NCBI GenBank assembly: GCA_050084515.1
Contig: CM114271.1
Coordinates: 33,852,001-33,916,000 of the forward strand
Length of the DNA stretch: 64,000 bases
Direction of reading: 5' to 3'
From: Blasia pusilla
Taxonomy: Eukaryota
Part shown: piece after piece, positions 39,844 to 52,023 of the stretch
How positions within the stretch are numbered: position 1 is the stretch's first letter
How the letters are laid out: every line of letters begins with the position of its first letter
The notes under the pieces: model-generated
Seen by the model: the letters and a program-made list of their open reading frames with translations, nothing else
Told to the model about the DNA's origin: nothing
Databases searched by the model: none
Position numbers and translations under genes: made by a program

Positions 39844-42681
39844 CACCAGAGAGGTTGGAATGGTGCCCAAGAAGAATGTGAGTTTCTGAGTCCTGTGTAT
39901 CTGTTCATTGATTTGTGTGTTAAGCACTTTTAAGCTTTGAGTTTTGATTATTCAAAAGTTATATCAGAAGATTGAGGAGACTTGCTTAATAAGATACATG
40001 TCCATAATACAGGGAAGGGGATCTGTTTCGTCCCTCTCCTCATGATATTCAAGAGTTGAATCCCCAGTGTGTTGAGAGCTTATGAATGGTTAAGTTTTTA
40101 TAACCTGTTTGCCGTGGAAGCTTGATAAACTTCCTCAACCCCGCGGACATAAAACATAGTTTAGCCCCTTGGCATAGGGGCTAAACATAATTTCCGGTTC
40201 CAGGGAATCGTTATCTGGGCCTCTTCTCATCATATCCTTTTAGCTACCCCTTTACTCCAGTCCCTATCAATTTAAGATTGAAAGCCGTCATACTGATCTG
40301 CTTGCTCAATTCATACCCTTTTAATCCTTTCCTCTCAATTTCAGGAACAAGATTACCAGTATCATTGGTCACAGACCCAGTTCTCCCATGGAGGAGACTC
40401 GATTACTTTTGTGCCCATGAACTCAATCTTGTGTACTTTGCTACCTCTGCAAGGGCAGCAAGGATTGTCTATATAATCAAATGAGTAGCCTTGTATGGAA
40501 TACCTTTCTGTCTTCATCTTGGTGCCAGTTTTGTCCAGGAATGAGATGCATGACCTTTTTGTGGAATACTTTCTATCTATTTCCTAGCACCAGTCTTTGA
40601 ATTCAAGAATAAATGCATGTTGGTCCAGACACAGGGAGAGTCTGTGTTTTCAGCGTTTGAAGGCAGGAAATATTTTATGAGCCCCAACATGAGAACCACC
40701 CGGTAATAGCTTCCATCATGATGTGCGTTCAATTCAGAACTATGAGTGTCAATGTCTTTAGTCCATTTCTGCAGTGGTATTCATAAGAAATGTCCCTTGC
40801 TGATTAATCCGTCGGCTGTGGTGTGTTTTTGGTGGGACAGGCATACTCATGGACTCACAAGTTGTGCTGATGAGCAACACATTCCAACTAATTCAGCAGT
40901 TGTTCCAGTTGACCTCTATAGGCATTTGTACATAGGTGGAATGAATTGCGATATTGCAGAGTGCAGAGGTACATTTTCAGCTATCTGTGAATTCATTTAG
41001 GAGTTTTTGTGAGTTTCTGCAGCGCCAGTTTCTTGCTGCACTTGAAGCAGTGCTTTTGGTGTACACAGCTCTTGTGACACTGCTTCAAAGTGCTTGTGTG
41101 CACACTGTGAAGGTCATAAGGTACTATCAGGTTTCCAATTCCCAGTTCCATGTATATCATTCGATCTCTCAAAACGCTGCAGTAAGAGGTTGAGCAGTTT
41201 GAAGTCTCCCTCTGCTGGAAAGGAAAGACTTCGAGATGTTTCTCTCTATTATCAAGTACTGAATCAGAAAGCTTGGAAATCTGGAATTCCGAAGTTATGG
41301 CTCAAACTTTTCCATGGTCAGGAATGTTATATCCACAGGGAATGTCACTCGAATATCAACTAGTTACAGTCAGAAGAGCCATGGATAGGCGATTTTGTTT
41401 TCAAACCTTTGGCAGTTTGTCAAACATTTAATTCAATCCTGCTTGGCAGTTTGGCAAGTTGCTCCACATTTAAGGGCAATTTTGGGCTTTCGGTGACGCC
41501 AATAATTGCCTCCCCTGAAGACTACTATCTGGCACTGTTTCACTACCACTTTTCATGGGCACTCATTGGGTTTCTTCCCAAACTCAACTCAACCTTTCAG
41601 TTACTTACCAACTCCAACGATACAAAAACTCTAATTTCAGCCATTGACTGCACGTTTCTCGATTGGAACTCGGGGGCATCATATGAAATGACACAAATTG
41701 CTTCTTTGTCTGCGCATGCCAAAGTGGCTAATTCTTGCCTTTGACCCTACAAACTAGTGACTCAAAATGCAGAGCAGATGCTTTGAGCAAAATACTGTGA
41801 GCGCATAACCATATCATTTATACATGATTCTCCAATCATTTGTGTGTATGAAACCCCCGGGCACTGCCTGCAGATCCAAGGAATCCTACATCGAGTGAAA
41901 GTAGGAATTCCAAACAATGGAAGAAATCTATGTCCAATTCTACAATCTACAAAACCAAGGTTTCTACCTTTTCACTTCAATGTCAAGTAGGGAGAATGAA
42001 ATTAAGTATTTGATGATGGTCACCACCACAGACCCTATTTGGATTGGGGAACTGCCCAATCCATATAGCAGGCCAAGATTATACTCTCTTTCACAACCCC
42101 CTTATAGAATCTACTTCCAACCATCTTGAATGGAGGTGATATGATAAGACGAGTTGTCCATAGAATCCAACCGTCAATAGAGATAGAGAAGGTATTGTAC
42201 ATCGACATAAATTTTGTGGGGAATCTCACTGACTTAAACTTTTTCAGTAGTATTTAAGTACATCAACTTTGTATATTACCACTCAAGAGCAATGAACATT
42301 GTGGATTGAAATAAAAGATTTGGTATGAAAGGGCCAAAAGTTTTCTTATGGCGGATGAAATGTACCAATTAAAACATCTTCAATGATATTGATGTCAAAA
42401 TACCTTGAAGTGACATAATTTTTTTTTGTCAACCATTGGGAAATTTTGACATGAAGCACATACATGTCATAATTTTATCAAATAATGTGTATTCATTGAT
42501 AAAAAGATCTAAAAACAGAAATAAAATCACAAGTCCTATTCCATTGTTCAAGACTTCAACCAAGGAAAAAATTGATATCTTTCCTCTTGGTGGAAGGCCC
42601 AAGAAAACTTTCCCTACAAAGCATCTTAAAACCATCCATTCTGGCATCCGGCACCTGAAAACAACATTCCTATATAACAAA

Positions 42682-42843
42682 CTAGGGTAGAGCTCGTGCT
42701 AATCTCGTGATAATCATACTACCCAACAATTTTCCTTTTTCAAATTCTTCCTGCCCATCTTGTTAAAACCCTTTTTTCCCCCTCTGCCATGTGTCAATCA
42801 AGTATTTGTAAATCAAGAAATCACCCTTCCATAATAATATAGG
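42682..42843 (-). mobile_element. Non-autonomous Helitron, same family as 14753-14970
   Basis: CTAG at 42682 with a degenerate hairpin; shared tgccatgtgtca...aaatcaagaa..cac.ct.ccataataatatag. Confidence 0.6.
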
Positions 42844-43534
42844 TTTTATGCAACTAATGAGTTTGCAACCTAAACAAAAGTTCACTAATATTGTATCATG
42901 GGGCCTCCGGCCCTAAGAAGATTGTAAAAGTCCACCAAGTAGAGTAGTATTCCAAGCCCTAACCAAAGGTTTTATGTCATGAGTCTCAAAGTGGGGTGAA
43001 GCCATATATCATAACAACATTGTATTAAGTACCCTCTTTAGGGCTAGGCCACATACCCATTGAAAGAATGATATAAGTATGAGTTTGATAAAAAAAAAAA
43101 TCAAATAATAAATACAGAAAACAAAACACAACCAATATCCACACAATTTCTGCACACGGGCTTTTTTGAGACAAACTATTATCCATTACCACAAAACGTC
43201 CACACCTAAGAAAACCTACGTGACAACCCTTAGGAATAACCTAGCATTCGTCCACAAACCCAATGTGATGATGCTCATAAGATCCAAGAAGTGTTTGGGG
43301 TCCCTTCGATTCCCAAACACACATAACGGTACACAAGGTTTCAATGATCAGCAGCACCACGAGCTAGTCTGCCTAAAGGTGCATTCAAGTGCAGCTAGCA
43401 TGGTGAGAATTCCATGGTGAGAATTCCATGGTGTGGGTACTACCGCCATCCCCACACGTACCAAGACTCATTCTTTCTCATGGTACGCCTTTGTGTAGGT
43501 AGTGGTGAGTGATACGTATTCCTCTTCCAATATG

Positions 43535-44020
43535 ATGGGGTCGATGGGTCTTAGACTCGAGGGCCTGCAAAAAGAGAGTATTAGGGGGGGGATTGGTGGG
43601 TTTAGACTCTATGCTCGAACTCTTAGCCCAAGGGCCTCCAAGAGGGGATTATTTTGTGGGTGTGGCAGTAAGAGCTTGAGACTATGTAGGGGGAAGATCG
43701 ATGGGTCTTGGACTCTTAGCTCAAGGGCCTCCAAAAGTAAGAGCTTGAGAGTATGCAGGGAAGACCTCGAGAGTACGTAGGGGGAGGATCGATGGGTCTT
43801 AAACTCTATGCTCAAACTCTTAGCTCGAGGGCCTCCAAAATGCACGCCCACCTCCATCACCATAGGGGATTCTCTTGTGGAGTCCCAGTAAGAGCGTGAA
43901 ACATGTAGGGGGAGGATCGATGGGTCTTGGACTCTATGCTCAAACTCTTAGCTCGAGGGCCTCCAAACTGCACGCCCACCCCAAATAACCAGAGGGGATT
44001 CTCTTGTGGGTTTGGCAGTG
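43535..44020. repeat. Imperfect tandem repeat (longest unit ~135 bp)
   Basis: gggggaggatcgatgggtctt..actctatgctcaaactcttagctcgagggcctccaa recurs 4-5 times. Confidence 0.85.
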
Positions 44021-45354
44021 TGCATACTGAAGAAATGTCAGCTGTGGTGGGGTGGGAAAGGGTGGAGTGGCTGGAGGCTGACCATAAAGTGACATGAGGT
44101 GACTAGAAAAGTTGGAGGTGAAGAGCGGCCATAAAATGACATGAGGTGAATAGAAAAGCTGGGGGTGAAGAGAAAATACTTGTCCCATGAACATGAGAAA
44201 ATCTCTCGTGTCTGCCCTCTACATGCTAGCATTTTGATGCAGGTGTGATGATCGGGAAGACATAGGTAGGTAGGTGAGTAGCTAGGTAGCTATCTAGCTA
44301 GGCGGCATCACCTCTGATGGTATAACATCATCTGAATGAAGAGAAAGTGAAGATCTGCAGACACGCAGCTCAGGGCAGAAGATCTCCATTTCCGAAGCTT
44401 GGATCCTGCACGATGTGGGTGGTGTGGGCACAGGAGGAACATTTGCGATGCGGCTGCACCGCAGCAGCTATGGACATGTTCATGATTGGCTTCACGAATG
44501 GGCAGAGAAAGGTAGGACAGTAGTAGTACTGGCTGGCTACTGGATAAGCATGATCACTTTGCATCGTGGTTGCAGAGAATCTGAGTGAGTGGAGGGCTGG
44601 CACATGCAAACCTCTGCTGTTTAGGAGATGCTTTTCAGGATAAGCCCAACGAAGAATGTCAGTGACGCCATGAGAACATAGCCATCTCTCGATTGCTCGA
44701 CCAGCCAGTGTTCATGATGCAGTGGGTGCAGTGTAAGTGTTTGGAAACTCGAGGAGCTCCCTGCCCTCGCAAACCATGAAGGTCTGGGAGTATTTAGCCA
44801 CTTCTGGGAGTTCACAAAGCAGTTCGTGATTGATTGTATGTTTTCGTTGGAGAATTATCCCTCCGAAATACCGAGTTTCTAATTGGAGTAAGGGAGTTGT
44901 CGAGATGGAGTCGCCGAAGCCTTTTGAATTGGGGATGGAGTTTAGGGTTGCATTGTATTCTCATCGGAATGTAAAGAAATCTCGTCCTCTGTCGTCGTCC
45001 ACCGGTGTAGTAGTGTCATCCTGAACAGAGCAGAAGTCGATCTTGTGGATGTGTTAAAGGTGTAAGAAACTCTTCTCTAAGCTCTCCCAGGATAGATCAT
45101 TTGGAGAAAAACACATTGAGGATCCGATTTCATTTGCTGCACTGTTGGGTGGCCGGGAACCGATTCCAGGGATGTTTGATTGGGCACTGGATCTACTTGG
45201 ATGACTGCTTGCATCTATCGTTCACAATTAGCAATTATGTCATTGTCTTCGCATCAGAATGTAATGAAACCTGGTCCTCTGCCCTCTGGTACATGCGAGT
45301 GTAGTCTCTTCCTGCCAAAAATTTCGAGAGAGTCTTCTAGCTGTGCCCAGGTGT

Positions 45355-46158
45355 AGAAACTCTGCTCTTGGCTTTCTAACAATTTTATGGGTGTTCAATT
45401 TGGTCGTGGCTCTACTTGGATGACTCATCTGATCGTTCTTTCATGAGTAGATAAGTCTATTCACACCATAATACAATGAAATCTAGTCCTGTGCCTTCTT
45501 GCACGCATGCAGCAGTCTCATCCTGCCAAGCTGTCTCATCCTGCCAAATATTAAGATAATCTTCTAGATGTTCCAAGACCAAGGTGTAAGAAACTCTTCT
45601 CTCAGATCTCTCAAGATACAACTGCCCTGCCATAGCCCAGAGAAGTGGCAGCCTCTACCATCCATGCTCTACATAATCGATTCTCAGCTCTCCATTTTCC
45701 CACTCACCACTCGGAATTTCTCCAAAATGGCACTCATCATCACTCGCCCTCCCCAGAGAAACTCTGCTCTTTGCTTTCTAACAATTTTATGGGTGTTCAA
45801 TTTGGTCGTGGCTCTACTTGGATGACTCATCTGATCGTTCTTTCATGATTAGATAAGTCTATTCACACCATAATACAATGAAATCTAGTCCTGTGCCTTC
45901 TTGCACGCATGCAGCAGTCTCATCCTGCCAAGCTGTCTCATCCTGCCAAATATTAAGATAATCTTCTAGATGTTCCAAGACCAAGGTGTAAGAAACTCTT
46001 CTCTCAGATCTCTCAAGATACAACTGCCCTGCCATAGCCCAGAGAAGTGGCAGCCTCTACCATCCATGCTCTACATAATCGATTCTCAGCTCTCCATTTT
46101 CCCACTCACCACTCGGAATTTCTCCAAAATGGCACTCATCATCACTCGTCCTCCCCAG
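45355..46158. repeat. Recent 402-bp tandem duplication
   Basis: Copies start at 45355 and 45757; three substitutions were seen by eye. Confidence 0.95.
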
Positions 46159-46477
46159 AGCAGCCCTCTCACATCTGCATTCTTGACAGCTGCAAAAGAA
46201 TGCATATTCATCACTCTCAATCATCTGAACTGTTGGGCTGCTTCAGGTGACCTGACAAGTTCACTCGAATGCCCTCTCCTGAATTCTTATTCGATTCACC
46301 AAAGGCCTCACCTTCATCTGAAGTGAAGAATCCATCGAGAAATGAGCTCACAGTCAGAAGATTGTGTGTTCTGTCTTCTCACTCCTTAGTTGTGGATGTC
46401 ATCCCAAACATGTCAAATGAACCATTGCTTCACCTGACTAGTCTGCCCACATACTCTCCCCATGTCCTGAATTCTTG

Positions 46478-46549
46478 TTCTATGCTTCACTTTGTGTGGA
46501 AGTAAGGATTGGATCCAATCCCTACTAACACACAAAGTGAAGCATAGAA
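46478..46549. repeat. 72-bp near-perfect palindrome
   Basis: Arms ttctatgcttcactttgtgtg / cacacaaagtgaagcatagaa are exact reverse complements; centre ggattgga|tccaatcc; 33 of 36 positions pair. Confidence 0.95.
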
Positions 46550-49500
46550 GAAAAATGAATTCTTGGAGGCCTATCTCTATCCATCCCAAGCACGAGAACG
46601 CACATTGAGTCCCTCATGTGATGACAATCTGGATAAGTTGGGGGATGGGGAGGAGACTCTATGGTCAAAACTTCGATTGAATCTTGACAGATATTGATGG
46701 CACTCTCTTATTCTAAGGTATCACTTTGGATGAAGACTGCCTACATGGTTTTTCAAGTTGGAGAGAGGATTTGGTGTGTATCTATATCAGTGATTAGAGG
46801 ACACCTTCTTGAATTGGGTCGAAGTTGATAATAAAGGGTTCGAGACGTTTTTTGGATGAATGATTATGTTCTTTTTGAGACTAAATGAAGTGACCTTTGA
46901 GGACAAAAAGTTTTTCACATGAGCATTTTGGATACTCATCCCTCCTTTGATTAAAACCAAAAGTGCTTTTCAAGCTTGGAATTGTCCAAATGTGCCAAGG
47001 AAGAGAGGGACATTCTTAGACCTTAGAATTGCAATTTTATCCAACTGGAAATGACACTCCTAAGGAAGTTTCAAATCAGAGTGGATTATGGGCTTGTGTT
47101 CCTCATTAGGTGATTATTGTGGTTTTTGTCTTGGACAACCAGTATCCATGTTTTTGTGTGAGAATCGAATTGTTGAAACTTGAACCCTTCCACTTCTGAA
47201 TCTCCTCAAGCTGCCAATGCCCACCACTTATGAGCCCAAAAAATCCCATCACAACATCAATTGAGATTGACCATGCTCCCCCCATCACGAGAAAAAAGAA
47301 AGGTCTCAATTTCTCCTCTCCCACTTCAATCTCCATCTCCTCACACTCCCAACACCCATCACAAACACCACCACTTCTTGGCCAAAAGATTGTTGCGACA
47401 TGGATCAAGATGGACCACGCTCCTCCAAATCCAAGCACGCGTGAAACTTTTCGCATGTCCATCTCCTCGCCCTTCCAATACCCAAAACCACCACTTCGGT
47501 CCACCTGTGACCGAAAAAAACCACCACAACATCGATCGATTTTTGCGACGCACCTCCACACACAACTCATGCACAATCCTCCAATTATCCATCTTCTCGT
47601 CCTCCCATGGCCCCCAACACCAACACTTGCGGCCCAAAAAACCGTAATTATATCGATCAATCTCCACCACACTCATCCAAAACACAACTCATGCACCCAA
47701 GCAAACTAACTCAACTCAACTCCACTCCCCAACTCCAAAAACAACTCGAGACCAACTCCCTCCCCAACTCCAAAAACACCTTTTCTCTATCATTCAATCC
47801 AAAGATACGCCCTCAAGTATCCTACTAATACCAATCCACTGCATAAAAAATAGTGATAATAATCGAGGGCCAGAAATGATCCAGGAACGAGAGCCTTACG
47901 TGTCGGAATCCGCAGCGAATCCACCGCGTAGTGGGCCCCCCCCCCGAGGCCGCCGATCCGGATAGTTGAGCGAGATTTTCCGTTCGGCTTTTTTGGAGCG
48001 AGCAGCATGCAATGCGATGGGGACGCGGATGGAGGCCTAGATGTGGATGTGGATGTGGACGGAGATCGCGCGGTGGACGGGGTGCCGTTGGAATGCGTAC
48101 GGAGAGAAGAAGTGGGGATTCGTACGCCTCCAAAGAACAAATGGATGGAGAGAGCGAGAGTGGATGGATGTGAAGTCATGAGAGGTGGGATTCGAAGAGA
48201 CGTAAGTATTCGTCGCTGACGTCCTTCCGTAACTCGGACGGAATCGGAGACGAGAGTGGACTTTGAGTAGTTATTTCAACCGAATCCTACGAACTTTTTG
48301 AGATGAGATGAGATTATTATTTCCACTATTTATTCCAGGGATAAACCGACTTTTTGAGAGGTGAGGAGATTAGACTTTGGGGGTTTCAAGTGAACCAAAA
48401 TTCTTTCTCGATCTCTTCCCTATGACATGAAATGAAGTGAAGTGAAGAGCTTCGATTTTAGAAGTGAACCTTCTCATGGCTACCGATGAACCCAACAAAT
48501 GAAGAGACTTTGAGTGATGAAGTGAACCGTCTCTCTACAAATATATGAAGTCAAAGCTTTTCATGTTTGAAGTGAAACTTTCTCATGAACCAAATTTTCT
48601 CTATTTCAAACAAATGAATTGAGGCGTGCTTAAGGGTTCATTTGAAGGGTGCTTAAGTAAAATATCTCATGGGTACTTACAAACCATATCTCTTCTTTTG
48701 TTGAAATGAAATGAAGAGACTTTGCTTGTTCAAAATGGACCTTCCCATGGCTAACTCCGGTCCAAATCCTTTTCTCTCCATTGAAATGGAAGGGAGAGAC
48801 TTTAAACCATCTTTATACGACCACTGTGCAGCCCTTTGAGAGGGGCGCGGGAAGGAAATAATTAACACATACGCATGATGGACACGTAGATAGCCTAGAT
48901 GGTGAGAAAAAAAATGACGAGTATATGTAAGGGTCGTAAATATGTGAAGTGAAAATGCTTGTAGCATTCAAAGTGGAGTTTCTCATGACTTCTAGATGCA
49001 AACCAAATTTCTTTTCTCCATATGAAAAAAAAATACTTTGTGTAGTTAATCCAAACCTTCTCATAGCTACCTTGGAACCAATTTCACCAATTTATGCCTC
49101 TCTATTGAAATAAAAATAATTTAGGCCAATGGGATATATGTAGTATTCCAAATAGGTATTGGTGTTGAAAAAATATGGCAAAGTATTATTATTTTCTCTT
49201 AAGTCCATTTGTATGGACTTTGATTGAATATGAATATTTAATTAAACAAATTAAAGAAAACTAATCTTGTTAGAAAGGAGACTTACTCTTGTTTTTTAAA
49301 AGCAATATTTCTTCCCGTGAACCCCATAAGGTACCTCCCCTTGTAGCCCATTTGGGTAATGGCAAATCGCCATAACCCAGCTCTCAGAGTGACTCTCCAA
49401 GATGTCATTGACTAGCCCTACTGGTATAGAATGAAATTTAGTGACCGTTGAATTAAACTAAATGTATTCTCATCGCTGCCTTTAAACTAAATTCATATAT

Positions 49501-51309
49501 TCAAATTGCTCACTCAATAGAATGAACTAGTATAAAACCAACCAACTAATCCTAAACCTCTCTCTTTAATGAAACTCATCAAAGCTTATGCAATATAGAG
49601 AATATTATCATACTTATTGTCATTTGAGATATAATAGTCACAACTAAAATTAAATTTTCCTTGTGTTCAACCTTAATAACATATGTTCAATATTCTGAAG
49701 ATGAAAAATTGAAAATATTCTCTCTTTATGACTTAGGTGGAAACATATTTGATGAGAAACTTTTCACTGCAACCTTCGAACAACTTCTTTGATTTTTCTC
49801 TAAATCAAATGAAATGAAGAGATTTTGCATCTTCTGAATTTTCAAAATCATATAAATCTTCGTAGAACTCAAATTTCCATTTGTACATATAATAAAAGGA
49901 GATGGAGCCGTTCTTTTCTCCTAGGACACACTTGATCACTTCTACAAATGTGTGCTTTTTTATTTCAAGTGTATGTATCTATGTTGGTTTTTCTTTCATA
50001 TCAATTAAAAATAACTATCCTTGGTTTTTTTCCAAGGCAATGGATTTTTAAGATATGGTTACAAAATCAACTTGCAAGTTGAAGTCCAAAACCAATACAA
50101 CTGAAAAGACAACAAGAAATATGGCCCACTAGAAACTAACTTTATCATAAATAAAAAAGAGCTTAAACGAACGAAACATAACTATAAAAGATAATTCCTC
50201 AAATGGTCCTACATGGAACCATATGAGAGTGAACTTAAGAGTCACATGATACCAAATTGACCCACCTTGATACTCACAAGTTTCTTCACCGAGAATTACT
50301 ATCTTTGTGATTCTAGGGTAATGATAACATTTTGGCTTTTTCTTCTTACAAAAATGCAAGGATTGGCACAACATCCAGTTCCATGACCTTTTTTGTTACG
50401 TGAGAGGTGTTAACTTCCATCTTCTATGCCCACCAAAAAAATTTTGGTCTGCACTTAAAGTGCATTCTTCACAACCCTAAATTCCAAGGAAAAATGAAAT
50501 TCTTGTGACTAAAACAAAGACATCAAGAGTCATTTGATCAAAGCCAAAACCATTTCAAACTAAAGGTGGAACATCCTCTTATGGATTCGAATACCTTGCA
50601 AAAAATACAAATGATAGTATAAAATAAAACTTAAATCCAAAATTTCATATGCAATTCCAATTTAAATTCACCTATAAACCTCATTGGCTAGGATGTATTA
50701 CAATGTCCTAAACAAAGTATACATTTCATAATTTATATTCTATTATATATCTCTCTCATTAATTGAATATGATCGTGCATTTTTCATGCATATCTTTTTG
50801 CTATTGATCATTAATAATTAAAGAACTCCTAAGGGTATAAAGTAGTTTATATTAGTTAGAATATCATGATGGATGAATTTTTCATATTCATTTTTCATTG
50901 AAAGTCTACATAGACTCCTTATATGTGAGTGCCATCACACTTAGTCAGTATATATCTAGCCTCAGCCCTAGTAGGATTAAATCAATTTTTATCCATTCAA
51001 CCACATATATTTCATAATATTTATGTGAAACCAAAATAAACAAGCTAGAAATTTTGGCAAACAACATATTAGAAACTTTTGGCCACAAAATTTCTTATTG
51101 GTATCTAATTAGCAATGTTTAAAGTTTGAAATTTATGGAATCTTTATCCATTTTATTAGAGACTTAATTTGTAATAGTATATGTGCAAAGGGGAATCATA
51201 AATTACACATTCATTTTTGAAGGGGCACACTCTTCAACATTATTAATCGGTTTGCTTCGCTTTGATATTACTAATCAAGCTGAACTATTCATGGACGAAA
51301 CCCACTCTA

Positions 51310-51791
51310 ATTGCTTGATGAGACAAGTAGAGAAGACTACAAGCGACAGACGCAGAGATAAGGATTCGGCTTCAAGGGGAACCCCAAAAGTGCTCTAGAG
51401 AGTAGTGACGGAGTTTGGTGATGTCGATCATAACATAGAGGTCATCCTTGAATCTCAACCACCTTCAAAGATCCCATACATATTGAATCAAGAAGAACTT
51501 GTTGAGCTGAAAAGAGAGTTGAGTGAGCTCTTAGAGAAGGGCTACATCGGAACTAGCAAGTCACCTTATGGAGCGCTTCTCGTCTTTGTGAAGAAGAAGG
51601 ATGGGAAGATGAGACTCTGTGTTGATTACCGTGCCCGGAATAAAGTGACGGTGAGAAAAAATTACCCTCTTCTGAGGATTGATGATCTCTTCCATAGATT
51701 ATCAAGAACAAAGTACTTCAGTAGGATTGACTTGACGTAAGGATATTACCACATTCAGATTGCCGAAGCGGATGTGGAGAAGACTGTGTGT
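51310..51791 (+). mobile_element. Older Ty3/gypsy element (host): RT N-terminal part
   Basis: VDHNIEV...[51 protein letters not shown]...KYFSRIDL...QIAEADVEKTVC. Confidence 0.92.
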
Positions 51792-52023
51792 ACTCTGTTT
51801 GCTTGGCAGGTCACATACGTTTTCACATATTGAGCAACATCCTCTTTCATGTTGGGCCAGAAGAACCTCTTAATTAGAAAAGCTAGTGTGGATTTCTCCC
51901 CTTTATGTCCTACCAAGTGTCTGTCATGACATTCTACTAACATATTGGTCCGCAACGTGCATTCGCCCACATATATCCTGCTATGCTTAAACCTTACTAA
52001 GCCATGCCTCAAACTTATGTTGG
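51792..52023 (-). mobile_element. Host Ty3/gypsy: integrase zinc-binding (HHCC) part, inverted
   Basis: CHDRHLVGHKG...FFWPNMKEDVAQYVKTYVTCQANRV on minus. Confidence 0.88.

Noticed and set aside
40159-40186. 11-bp hairpin gtttagcccct/aggggctaaac
   Set aside because: Real but short and isolated; no supporting context, and intrinsic terminators do not apply here.
40746-41744. Cluster of short plus-strand ORFs
   Set aside because: No consistent frame, splice structure or recognisable motif.
46850-47830. Possible GRF zinc finger or transposon ORF remnants
   Set aside because: Only scattered WNCP/CNF-like residues across frames; not enough to call.
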